Shown: piece by piece, positions 28,181-37,572 of the stretch
Layout: each line of letters begins with the position of its first letter
Position numbering within the stretch: the stretch's first letter is position 1
Source of the DNA: Candidatus Dojkabacteria bacterium
GTDB lineage: Bacteria > Patescibacteriota > Dojkabacteria > J137
Direction of reading: 5' to 3'
Assembly: GCA_937944235.1 (NCBI GenBank)
Contig: CALDYZ010000031.1
Location: forward strand, 1-39,041
Length of the DNA: 39,041 bases
The notes under the pieces: generated by a model
Seen by the model: the letters and a program-made list of their open reading frames with translations, nothing else
What the model was told of the DNA's origin: nothing
Databases searched by the model: none
Translations under genes and position numbers: made by a program

Positions 28181-30127
28181 TTAGCTAAATGGGTTAGATA
28201 AATTGTAATTGTTTGTTGCGCTATCTACTTTGTATTCAAAATTACTATATTCAGGCTTCTTATCCATAAATAATTTTAGTTTATTACGGCCTTTTTTTAG
28301 GTTAACTTTAATCATAGACGAGTACATTCCTTCTACCAAACTACCATCATGTTGGTGTAATTTAGACGGAAAAATATAATTCTTGGCTAGTACTAACAAA
28401 CCGTATTCACCAGGTGTACCGAAGTAATCAAAACTTCCATCAGGTCCTGCCACTATGGTATCTATGTATTTATTATTTCGTAAATCATAAATTTTTACTA
28501 TTGCGTGAGGAATAGGTCTGCCAGATTCAGAATCTATAATCTTAGATGATTTACCTCTTATTGATAAAACATACAGCAACCATATCAGAATAGAAAATAT
28601 ATATAGTGCAAGTACTAAAATGTTTATAATGTTTGGAAATATTATAATTGCAATTAATGAAAAAGTGCCTCCAATCAGAAAAAATAAATTTCTTAGCATA
28701 GTAAACAAACCTCTAGTATACAAACTTAATCTTTCACCGAATGATAACGTACTCAAGTAAAAACTATCTATTGGTGCCAAGTTCACATCTAGAGTATAAG
28801 CTTCGCTATCGTTCGGAATTATCAAATCTTTAAAAAATGATTTATAATTACTTTTTGTTATTTCTAGTCTGTATTCTCCACCTGTGTTTATTGGAAATCC
28901 ATAGGTGCCATCTAAACCACTTACAGTACTTGCTACTAATTCAACACTTCTAATTAAAAACAGTCTGCAGTTAGCTAAGGATATGGGTTTTCCTGTATTT
29001 ATGTCAGTTATGACTCCCCATGAGCGTCTTTTACGGCTGATGAATAAACCAAACATATTAGCAAGTAAACCAAACAAATTTAAACCAGAAAGAATAGTGA
29101 ATAAAAGTCCCAAAATACTTGTAAATAAACCTAAATTTCCAATATCTTCTACCGATAAATTAGACAAAAAGTTACTAATATTCTTCGGAAGTTGTGAAAC
29201 AAAGTTTGATAAATCACTAAAAATTTTTGGTGGTATCTGTGTTGTGTTATTTGTGTTATCAGGTTCAGAAGATATTATATTGAAAGAAAAAGTATTATTT
29301 GAAGCGTTATTGCTTAGATCGTTTGCTGATATGTACAGTGTCAAAACACTTCCAAGTTGAATATTAAGTTGTGCTAAATCTATTGATAATAAATAGTTAT
29401 TTGGTGTTCCAGATAAGTTGAAGGCAGGGTTAGACAAGTCATATGTTGTACCGTTAATAGATATGGTAATTGTTGCCGTATCTATGCCCGATATATCATC
29501 TACTAATTTTATAGTAACAGTTGAGTTATTTGAGATAGGTAATGAACTTGTATTAGGATTAAATAAAAATATGCCTGGAGGAGTGTTATCTAGAGTTGTG
29601 CATGGAGAAGCATTAAAGTTCAGTGTAACATTCGAGATAGTATCTAGAATATCCATAGATGTACTTGCGTCAGCTATATTACTATCTATAGTATCTCCAT
29701 ATCCAGTAAACCAAAAGCTCAAGTTGGTACTTGTTGTACTTCCTATGTTCTTTATTTTAACTGTTGCAAACTGTCTTTTATCATTAAAAGTAAGGCCTGA
29801 GCTATCACCTGCAAATTGAATGTATCCAGCATTAGTATCATTTTGTATAGCATAAATTTTGTTGAATGCGTTTCCGTTAACTAAATCAAGAGATGGTGTA
29901 CTAGTGTCTGCATCCACAATTTCTATCTCGTTTGGATTATACAAGATCCTGACATCAGCGGCATTAACGTTCTGACCATTAGCGTCGATAAAAACTTTCA
30001 AGTCCTCAACACAATTTTTCTTTAAGTTTAAAATATCAGACGCGAAAGAATATGAAGCCGCGCTCAATTTTAAGTTTGTGAGGTTAAATAAACCCAACGC
30101 AATTAAAATACACAATAGAATTCTCAT
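28181..30127 (-). CDS. Cohesin-domain membrane protein with Ig-like and two carboxypeptidase-regulatory-like domains
   Basis: Signal peptide; VFIDANGQNVNAADVRILYNPNEIEIV...FATVKIK cohesin-like pattern; DNTPP Ig-like start; two D...G.PI..A...L/I modules, each after hydrophobic segments. Confidence 0.75.
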   Translation of the reverse strand: MRILLCILIALGLFNLTNLKLSAASYSFASDILNLKKNCVEDLKVFIDANGQNVNAADVRILYNPNEIEIVDADTSTPSLDLVNGNAFNKIYAIQNDTNAGYIQFAGDSSGLTFNDKRQFATVKIKNIGSTTSTNLSFWFTGYGDTIDSNIADASTSMDILDTISNVTLNFNASPCTTLDNTPPGIFLFNPNTSSLPISNNSTVTIKLVDDISGIDTATITISINGTTYDLSNPAFNLSGTPNNYLLSIDLAQLNIQLGSVLTLYISANDLSNNASNNTFSFNIISSEPDNTNNTTQIPPKIFSDLSNFVSQLPKNISNFLSNLSVEDIGNLGLFTSILGLLFTILSGLNLFGLLANMFGLFISRKRRSWGVITDINTGKPISLANCRLFLIRSVELVASTVSGLDGTYGFPINTGGEYRLEITKSNYKSFFKDLIIPNDSEAYTLDVNLAPIDSFYLSTLSFGERLSLYTRGLFTMLRNLFFLIGGTFSLIAIIIFPNIINILVLALYIFSILIWLLYVLSIRGKSSKIIDSESGRPIPHAIVKIYDLRNNKYIDTIVAGPDGSFDYFGTPGEYGLLVLAKNYIFPSKLHQHDGSLVEGMYSSMIKVNLKKGRNKLKLFMDKKPEYSNFEYKVDSATNNYNLSNPFS

Positions 30128-30156
30128 TTTATAAACTTAGTTAAAGTTAAAAAATT

Positions 30157-30753
30157 TTAATCTCCTATTAAAAAAAAATTTTTTCTTGTTATTTCTAAAT
30201 CAGTTTCATTTACTATACCGTCTTTGTTCAGATCAGATATTGTGTCTGAGGTATTTAATTTTAAGATCTGTGCAGAAATGTCCAATGAATTAACTTTATT
30301 ATCTTTAAGACTGTTGATTTCGCCAGCGATTAAAACATATTGTGACACCCTAAAATCTTTTGTTGTCAGGTACGTTGAAAACAAATTTTGTGAAGAAATT
30401 TTTCTTCTAAGATGAGAAACACCTTTAACATATAGGTGGTATGAACTTGGATTAGGATAAATGCTATTAGCACAAAAGTTGTAAGTACCTAAACCTAAAC
30501 CATTAGTTATTAAATTAACTGTATGAAAATTAACTTCATTAGTATATTTTATATCAATTTGAGCTTGTGTACCATAATTACCAAAACTTCTATCGCTTGG
30601 TTGTAAAAAAATTTCTAATATGCAACCGTGTACATTCGAAGATATTGTCATATTTTTGTCTACAGATGCCATAACAAAGTTTAGAAATATAAATTGCGAT
30701 GTAAGAACAAAGACAAATAAGAAAAGCGTTCGCAATCTTAATCTAGAATTCAT
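30157..30753 (-). CDS. Secreted protein with C-terminal dockerin-like double Ca-binding repeat
   Basis: Signal peptide ending VMA-S; Y.LYVKG.SHLRR beta domain; GEIN...DNKVNSLD and DLNKDGIVNETDL repeats. Start 30753 (ATG) or 30801. Confidence 0.75.
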   Translation of the reverse strand: MNSRLRLRTLFLFVFVLTSQFIFLNFVMASVDKNMTISSNVHGCILEIFLQPSDRSFGNYGTQAQIDIKYTNEVNFHTVNLITNGLGLGTYNFCANSIYPNPSSYHLYVKGVSHLRRKISSQNLFSTYLTTKDFRVSQYVLIAGEINSLKDNKVNSLDISAQILKLNTSDTISDLNKDGIVNETDLEITRKNFFLIGD

Positions 30754-30850
30754 AAATAAAATTAACAATAAGATCAAAAACCTATTTTTAAAGACTATCA
30801 CAAATAAAGAATTTTTACCATTTTTAGCTGAAATTTATTACTGATGAGTT

Positions 30851-31342
30851 TTATATCAGATTTTTTTCAAGGGTTTTATCCATAGTTGTGTTTTCGATGT
30901 TTTGAACTTTTAAAAACCTTCTTAAGTGTCTATCTTCATTTGAAAAATTATTATTTAAAAAGGTTTTAACAATTTCTGTAAATGGTTCTATTTCATAATC
31001 TGCGCTTAGACAAATTATATTTGCATTATCATCTAGTCTTGCCATTTTAGCTTGTTTAGCAGTTAAGCATAAGGCTGCGTACGCGCCTCTAACTTTATTA
31101 GCAGCTATTACCATCCCATTACCTGATCTGCATATTAATATACCAATGCTGTTATTTTCTTTGGATACCTCTGTTGCTAACTTTAATGCGTAGTCCGGAT
31201 AATCATCTTGGGGATCGAAGGCGTACGGTCCTAGATCAATAATTTTATAATTTGATAGGATGTTAAGAAGGTTATTTTTCAATTTATAGCCACCGTGATC
31301 TGAAGCTATAAAAATCTTATTTTTTTGTGTTTTCTGTTTCAT
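30851..31342 (-). CDS. rpiB: Ribose-5-phosphate isomerase B
   Basis: IASDHGG, DDYPD, GILICRSGNGM.IAANK.RG, ARLDDNAN, RHLRR. Start 31342 (ATG) or 31354. Confidence 0.95.
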   Translation of the reverse strand: MKQKTQKNKIFIASDHGGYKLKNNLLNILSNYKIIDLGPYAFDPQDDYPDYALKLATEVSKENNSIGILICRSGNGMVIAANKVRGAYAALCLTAKQAKMARLDDNANIICLSADYEIEPFTEIVKTFLNNNFSNEDRHLRRFLKVQNIENTTMDKTLEKNLI

Positions 31343-31547
31343 CTTCAGGACCAAAAAATAAATCTAATATTTTAAATCTGTCAAATACTCTTAGTGTGGC
31401 AACGATAATCCAGAATATATCAACTAAAAAAGCCAAAACAAACTCTATCAAAACTTTCAACATCTGAAATACTATATTTAGTAAAAACTTTAGTATGTTG
31501 TATAAGATTTTTATAGATATTTTGAGAACTTTTAATAAAATTTGCAT
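31317..31547 (-). CDS. Small hydrophobic/amphipathic helical protein
   Basis: 76 aa, periodic L/I/K pattern, acidic tail; overlaps the rpiB start. Confidence 0.55.
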   Translation of the reverse strand: MQILLKVLKISIKILYNILKFLLNIVFQMLKVLIEFVLAFLVDIFWIIVATLRVFDRFKILDLFFGPEDETENTKK

Positions 31548-31693
31548 TATTTAATTCTTTCAAACTTAATATTTAAATCTCATAATGTTTCTCCTAAAAA
31601 GGATATCAAATTTTGCTAATAATAAAAAATGTTTTTAAAATTAGCTTTTGTATACAACAAAAATTATATAATAATTTTATTACTTAAGCTAAT

Positions 31694-33484
31694 ATGTCCA
31701 GTGACCAAGTAGAATTTATTAAATCTAATCTAGATATAGTACATGTCATTTTGAGATATATTCCCAATCTTAAAAAAGCCGGTTCAGGATGGGTTGGATT
31801 GTGCCCATTTCATAAAGAAAAAACACCATCTTTTCATGTAAATCAAAAAGATCAGTATTACAAATGTTTTGGATGTGGAGCCGCAGGAGATGTTATAAGT
31901 TTCATTCAAAATATAGAAAAAGTAAATTTTAAAGAGGCTCTTTTGATAGCAGCTGATATAGCTAATGTAAAGCTCACATCAATTAAATACGATGATAATA
32001 AAGAAATAAAAAAAAGACTAATAGAAGCTAATTTAGTTACTGCTAAATTTTATAACTACATTCTAAATGCTCACAAATTAGGAGAGAAAGGAAGACAATA
32101 TGCTTTAAAAAGAGGTTTAAATGGAGAAATTATAAGTAAATTTTTACTTGGTTATGCACCAAACACTAATAATAGTTTGAAACATTTTTTATTAGCAAAA
32201 GGTTTTACTGAACAAGAATTAGTAGACTTTGGTTTACTAATAAATAGAAATGGTAAGTTTAAAGATAAATTTAGAGATCGTTTAATCCAGCCAATCTTTT
32301 CAATAAAAGGAGATGTAATAGGTTTTAGTGGAAGGTACATAGGTGAAAACAAAAATGCACCCAAGTATCTAAATTCACCAGAAACTTTAGTATACAAAAA
32401 AAATGAGACTTTGTATTCTATGTATCATGCAATTGAATTTATTAAATTAGCAGGTGAAGTAATTTTGGTAGAGGGTAATATAGATGTACTTAGTTCACAT
32501 AGGGTGGGTATCGGAAATATTGTAGCTTCTCTGGGGACTTCTTTTACTGAACAACAAGCAAAACTCATAAAAAGATATACAAATAAAATACTGATATGTT
32601 TTGATACTGATTTAGCGGGAATAAAAGCTGTTATTAGAGCAATAGGTATATGTGAAAGAGTTGATTTAACTTACAGAGTAATAAATTTAGGGAAATATCA
32701 GGATGCGGATGAATTCATAAATAACAGTAAAGATCCTAGGAATGAGTGGTTGCTGTTGATCAAGAACAATGAAGATGCTGTATCATATTTACTTGATAGA
32801 TTTAAATTAGGTTTAAATTTATCATCAATTGACCAAAAATCAAAATATAAAGAATTAGCATATGATGTATTGAAGTTAATCAAAAATGATGTTGCCCTTT
32901 TCCACTACTGTAGAAACTTATCCCTAGAGCTCGAGGTGCCAGAACAGGTTATTATCAATGAAGTGATTGAGTTGCGAGAGAAGCTTCCCAAAAAGTACGA
33001 TTATGACGATGTTAACCTTGAAGTGTTAAATGACTTGGATGAACCAGTAATGAGTCAAAAGAGCTTGGATGTTATCAATAATAAGATGATTGATAATATA
33101 TATTTCTTTCAACTATTTGTGAATTTATTATACCCACCTGATTTAGAGGATTATCCAAGAGAGGATTTTTTTGAGGATTCTTTTTTTCAAAAGTTATTAA
33201 ATTTTTGTGTAGATAATTACGAAGATCTAAACTTCAACGAATTTTTTAGTGAGTTATCTAGTGATGATGATAAAGAACTCTTTAATAAATTCATAAAGTT
33301 TGATTTGCTACCAGAGATCGATCAAATTGATAAACAATTTAAAAAATTAAATAAAATCTACTGGCAAAGATATATTTCAAAAAGATTGATGCAACTTAGA
33401 AAAATTGACGATGAAGAAAATTTAGATAAAGTAAATGAGGAAATTAAAAGATTATCAAAACTAAAGGTCAAGTATTCTAAGTAA
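31694..33484 (+). CDS. dnaG: DNA primase
   Basis: CPFH.EKTPSF...CFGC Zn finger, FRDRL..PI, GFSGR, PKYLNSPET, VEG..DV, FDTDLAG, QDADE. Confidence 0.98.
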   Translation: MSSDQVEFIKSNLDIVHVILRYIPNLKKAGSGWVGLCPFHKEKTPSFHVNQKDQYYKCFGCGAAGDVISFIQNIEKVNFKEALLIAADIANVKLTSIKYDDNKEIKKRLIEANLVTAKFYNYILNAHKLGEKGRQYALKRGLNGEIISKFLLGYAPNTNNSLKHFLLAKGFTEQELVDFGLLINRNGKFKDKFRDRLIQPIFSIKGDVIGFSGRYIGENKNAPKYLNSPETLVYKKNETLYSMYHAIEFIKLAGEVILVEGNIDVLSSHRVGIGNIVASLGTSFTEQQAKLIKRYTNKILICFDTDLAGIKAVIRAIGICERVDLTYRVINLGKYQDADEFINNSKDPRNEWLLLIKNNEDAVSYLLDRFKLGLNLSSIDQKSKYKELAYDVLKLIKNDVALFHYCRNLSLELEVPEQVIINEVIELREKLPKKYDYDDVNLEVLNDLDEPVMSQKSLDVINNKMIDNIYFFQLFVNLLYPPDLEDYPREDFFEDSFFQKLLNFCVDNYEDLNFNEFFSELSSDDDKELFNKFIKFDLLPEIDQIDKQFKKLNKIYWQRYISKRLMQLRKIDDEENLDKVNEEIKRLSKLKVKYSK

Positions 33485-34003
33485 TTAATCATTATCTGCT
33501 TTGAACAATAGGATACTAATGAAGAATATACCTAAATTTATTATTGAGGCTAAATACAAAAAGTAATTTATACTTTGGTATAAGTTAATGCTTTTTATCA
33601 ACTCGAGGAAGGCGCATTTGATTTGGTATAGAAAATGGTCAGAATTTGCAGAACCTAAAGACTGCATGATATAAACTATCAAGCTTAGTGTATAATTAGC
33701 AAGAAAAGTCGGTATGATAAATCCCACAAATGTTGCAATTGCAAAAACAAATTCCCTTTTGCCTCTTTTAAGTTTATCGGAAAGAATATTGTAGTAGACG
33801 TTATGTAAGTAATTAATTATGGTGACAAACAAGATCGACAGGGATATTAGTCCGGCGAAAATAAATATAACTTTTAGTAAATTTCCTACATAGTTTGTAT
33901 TCCAGTACAATATATAAAAACCAATGAAACATAAAAAACTTGATAAGGTATACCTTAAAGGTAAATATTTGTTCGATATTATTGCAATAAACTTTTCTTT
34001 CAT
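33485..34003 (-). CDS. Hypothetical four-TM membrane protein
   Basis: 172 aa, four hydrophobic segments; its stop abuts the dnaG stop with no gap. Confidence 0.75.
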   Translation of the reverse strand: MKEKFIAIISNKYLPLRYTLSSFLCFIGFYILYWNTNYVGNLLKVIFIFAGLISLSILFVTIINYLHNVYYNILSDKLKRGKREFVFAIATFVGFIIPTFLANYTLSLIVYIMQSLGSANSDHFLYQIKCAFLELIKSINLYQSINYFLYLASIINLGIFFISILLFKADND

Positions 34004-34027
34004 TTTCTCAAATCTGATATCATACTT

Positions 34028-34056
34028 ATTTTAGTAATAGTGTAATTAAATATCAA
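34028..34056 (-). promoter_or_regulatory. Sigma-70 promoter for ORF 34003
   Basis: TTGATA-17 nt-TAAAAT on the minus strand. Confidence 0.5.
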
Positions 34057-34215
34057 TACAAAAGAGGATTATGTTTAATAGTAGTTTATTTTTTTTTAAT
34101 AAAGCTCCATAAACGAATTTTATTTTTTGCGATGCTTAAAAAAACTTGCAATATCACTTCAAGTGTATAATACTAAAATAGTTTTGATAAAATTTAATAT
34201 AATAAAACTGAAATT

Positions 34216-35538
34216 ATGAAAAGAAAGATTATAAAAAGAAGTACATCAAGGATATTATCCTCTTTAAAGAGAGGTGTTTTAGGAGAGGAAATAAAAATTA
34301 TAGGTGTTACAGGTACATTGGGAAAGACTACAGTGGCCCATATGCTTTGGTACATTTTAGTCCAAAATGGAATTAAGGCTGGCTTAATTTCTTCAGATGG
34401 AGTCTTCAAACTGGATGATAAAGATTTTAGTTATAGAGCAAATGATTTAGATCAGGGGAGATTGATTGATCTGATTGAAAATTTTATTGAAGAATCATAT
34501 GAAGTGTTAGTAGTTGAAGTAAGCTCAAAAGCATTGGCGAATGGTGTTTTTGATAGGATAAGGTTTGATTCTGGGATAATTACAAACATGAAACATCATG
34601 ATAAGGATCTATATTCCACGTGGGAGGAGTATGCAGAATTGAAATTATCTTTTTTAAATTTAATGAAAGATGATGCGCTATTGTTGGTTGATTCATCTAA
34701 TGAAATATTAGATTGGCTAGAAAAAAATGAACGAAATATATTTTCTAACATATTGTTGTATATAGCAGGTGAAACTCAAAATAAAGTAGATGAAAATAAA
34801 TTTGTTTTAGATAGTAAAACTTATTCTTTAAATTCTTATTCTGAAGTAAATATAAAAAATGCAATACAAGCAATCAAAATGGCTCAAAATTATATTCAAA
34901 ATAAAGATCACTTTGTTGAAGAACTCAGTTCTTTTCAATTTCCAAAGGGGCGAATGGAGCTAATTAGATCTAACCAAGTCAATGTGATTATTGATGGGGC
35001 AAAAAGAAAGGAAGAGGTAGACAGTTCTTTGGTAGAAATCAAAAAACGACTAACACCGGATCAACAAATCATAGCTGTTGTTGGAGCAGAGGGATCAATT
35101 GATCCAGATAGAAAAAAAGTTGGTTTGGCAGCCGTACATGTAGCTGATAAAGTGATTCTTGCGCCTACTGATCCTAGAAAAGAAGATGTTGAATACATCA
35201 ATAGCGTTATGATTGCTTACATGGAAAAAGATGGAGGAGTGGTGGTAGAAAGATTTACATCTCAGGAAGAATTTAGAATGGCGAACAAAGAAAGTTTAAA
35301 AATTAGAATACAAAGAGTGGTCAAAAATGGTAGTGTTCCAATAATATCCTTTGATGAAAACAATTATACAGCTCGGATAGATGCTATAGAGATGTCACTG
35401 ATTTTAGCAAATCCTGGTGATTTGGTTTATATATGCGGAAAAGGTAATGATAATTCAATGTTTTTTGATGGAATTGAGTATGAATGGAGTGATCATGAGG
35501 CCTTGCAAATTGCGATGGATAGATTGGGAATTATTTAA
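34216..35538 (+). CDS. MurE-like Mur ligase paralog (no N-terminal domain, degenerate motifs)
   Basis: GVTGTLGKTT, EVSSK, ITNM, KGRME, TDPR, GKGND, EWSD. Confidence 0.85.
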   Translation: MKRKIIKRSTSRILSSLKRGVLGEEIKIIGVTGTLGKTTVAHMLWYILVQNGIKAGLISSDGVFKLDDKDFSYRANDLDQGRLIDLIENFIEESYEVLVVEVSSKALANGVFDRIRFDSGIITNMKHHDKDLYSTWEEYAELKLSFLNLMKDDALLLVDSSNEILDWLEKNERNIFSNILLYIAGETQNKVDENKFVLDSKTYSLNSYSEVNIKNAIQAIKMAQNYIQNKDHFVEELSSFQFPKGRMELIRSNQVNVIIDGAKRKEEVDSSLVEIKKRLTPDQQIIAVVGAEGSIDPDRKKVGLAAVHVADKVILAPTDPRKEDVEYINSVMIAYMEKDGGVVVERFTSQEEFRMANKESLKIRIQRVVKNGSVPIISFDENNYTARIDAIEMSLILANPGDLVYICGKGNDNSMFFDGIEYEWSDHEALQIAMDRLGII

Positions 35539-35541
35539 AAA

Positions 35542-36216
35542 CTATGAATCTTGTTCTAAATTTTTATCAGACGATGTTTTACCTCCAAATGTTGTTAATT
35601 CATCAAAGTATTTAGAGCAAAATTCCTTTATTCTATTATTCAATTCTCCGTCTTTTAAAATGCCAATAACACGCAAAAGAATTGATTCTTCTACAATAAA
35701 AAATTTATATGAATAGTAAGTTATAAAAATTGCAAGTACGTAGTAATGTTTTAGTGCGTTTTGTAAAAGTTGATCTGTTTTTGTTAGCGTACGGCTAGAA
35801 AGTCATTGTAAAAATTTTAATACATCAATTAAATTATCTAAAGTTAATTTGTTTAATTTGATATCTTTTTTAGTGCCTCGATAAATTTCAAGATGTGTCC
35901 TGTCATCATGAATATCTAAAATTGTGTCATAGCTAAGTGTCATTGTTTTTTTAAATTCATGACTTATTACAAAAAAGTAGGCTTCTATCGGATGTCTGTT
36001 TGGATCATTATAAAATTGTTGTATTTCATCAATGATCTCCTGATGATTAGGGGATATAGATAAAAAATTTACAGTTCCACTTTCATTCCAACTTAATTCT
36101 AAATTTATTTCAGAAATCAGTGTTTCTATTTGAGCAATCTGTTCAGGTTTTTCTTTTTCTATAGCGCTTAAATCTAGTTTTTGTATAAAATCTTCAAAAG
36201 GATTTGAATTAGACAT
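35542..36216 (-). pseudogene. Hypothetical gene of about 224 codons interrupted by one in-frame TGA (35805-35803)
   Basis: The 137 aa ORF continues in the same frame for 86 sense codons after TGA, up to TAG at 35544-35542. Confidence 0.6.
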
Positions 36217-36339
36217 TTTTTTGTTAGTTAAAATATTATTTATTAAGATTTTTTGTAGAATTTAATTCTACTATCATTTTACCATTAATTTGTTAGTCAT
36301 AACGGTACTGAACATTACTGTGATAAAGCACGGTAAGTA

Positions 36340-36366
36340 CTAAACAAGTAATTGATTCATCACTTG
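36340..36366 (-). terminator. Possible terminator hairpin after the VanY-like gene
   Basis: Minus strand caagtgat-gaatca-attacttg followed by ttt, directly after the stop; short U-tract. Confidence 0.35.
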
Positions 36367-37473
36367 TTATTGCATATAGACAATATCTTGCTCTTGTATC
36401 TTATCTAAAAATTCGTTTAGAGTCATAGAATCAATAAATTTCATATACTCCATTGCGTTATTAATGCCTATGTATCTGTAGTGCCATGATTCAGCATTGT
36501 ATCCCGTTAGTTCTTCTTTTCCAACTGGGTAACTTTGAATAAAGCCAAACTTGTAACTATTTTTTTGCAACCATTTACCTGCTACTGTATCTGCAAATTT
36601 ATTTGTAAATTCAAATCCAGAGTCTTCACTAAAAAAATCAACTGTAGTACCAAGCTGGTGCTCAGATTGGCCAGGTTTTGCTGATATTTTTTCAGCTTCG
36701 GTTATTCCAAGTTGTTTTACCCAGTAACTGTACACTTCTTCTTGTTGCAAATATGATCTATAACCTGATGCAATAACTAAATTTTTACCTGTTTCTTTTT
36801 TAAGAACATTTAGCATGTTTACCAAAGCATCAGCTGCTTCTGTTCTTAACATAATATTTGATACATTCGTATACAGTAGTTTGTCTTTGTTTAGATCAAC
36901 TAAATCACTTGGTTCGTAATCTGTAGGTATTGACGTGTGCCTAGATACATTTGCGGTTAGATCATTTGGATCTAATATGAATGAAACTTTGTCGTCAAAA
37001 TTTAATAAATAACCATTTTTTTTGTTTATATTAAAAACTACATCAGCTATATTAAAATTTTTGATGTCAGTTTCTAATGATTCATACACATCTTTGTCAT
37101 ATGCTTGTATTTGTATTTTGCGAGAATTATTACCTGTTCCTAAATTACCTATTTTTATGACATGATGGTATTCCATGTCTTTGTTTTTAGTTTGTAAAAT
37201 TATAGTGTTTTTTGTATTCACTAATCTTACTGGTTTGTTTGTGATGATTCTTACAAAAACTTCTTTTTGATAAGTTTCTATATCGTTTTTGTATGTTTTC
37301 ACTAGTAATTTTGCTGTAGCATCCTCAGGTAAAGTGGGAGTATTTTTTGTGTTTGGAGTTTCAAATTGTATAATTTTTATTCCTAAGTACCTTTGTACAG
37401 CATCATTTGTAATCCAAACAATACTCAGTGACACGAATAATATTAATAGAATACGTAAAAATTTTTTGATCAC
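36367..37473 (-). CDS. M15B (VanY/LdcB-like) Zn carboxypeptidase with N-terminal anchor
   Basis: SGYRS..QQ, SAKPGQSEHQLGTTVD, YGF-like FGFIQSYP, ESWHYRYIG. Confidence 0.92.
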   Translation of the reverse strand: MIKKFLRILLILFVSLSIVWITNDAVQRYLGIKIIQFETPNTKNTPTLPEDATAKLLVKTYKNDIETYQKEVFVRIITNKPVRLVNTKNTIILQTKNKDMEYHHVIKIGNLGTGNNSRKIQIQAYDKDVYESLETDIKNFNIADVVFNINKKNGYLLNFDDKVSFILDPNDLTANVSRHTSIPTDYEPSDLVDLNKDKLLYTNVSNIMLRTEAADALVNMLNVLKKETGKNLVIASGYRSYLQQEEVYSYWVKQLGITEAEKISAKPGQSEHQLGTTVDFFSEDSGFEFTNKFADTVAGKWLQKNSYKFGFIQSYPVGKEELTGYNAESWHYRYIGINNAMEYMKFIDSMTLNEFLDKIQEQDIVYMQ

Positions 37474-37572
37474 TAGTTATATGTAAACTTAAATAATGTT
37501 AACATTTTGAGTAACTTTTTTTATTTTTTTGGTATTTTTTGTTTTGGATAGATTAAAAATATTTGATTTTTT

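Noticed and set aside
34146-34171. TTGCAA/TATAAT promoter with internal cactt-c-aagtg palindrome before the murE-like gene
   Set aside because: The spacer is 14 nt and the palindrome is short enough to be chance; the -10 alone may be real.
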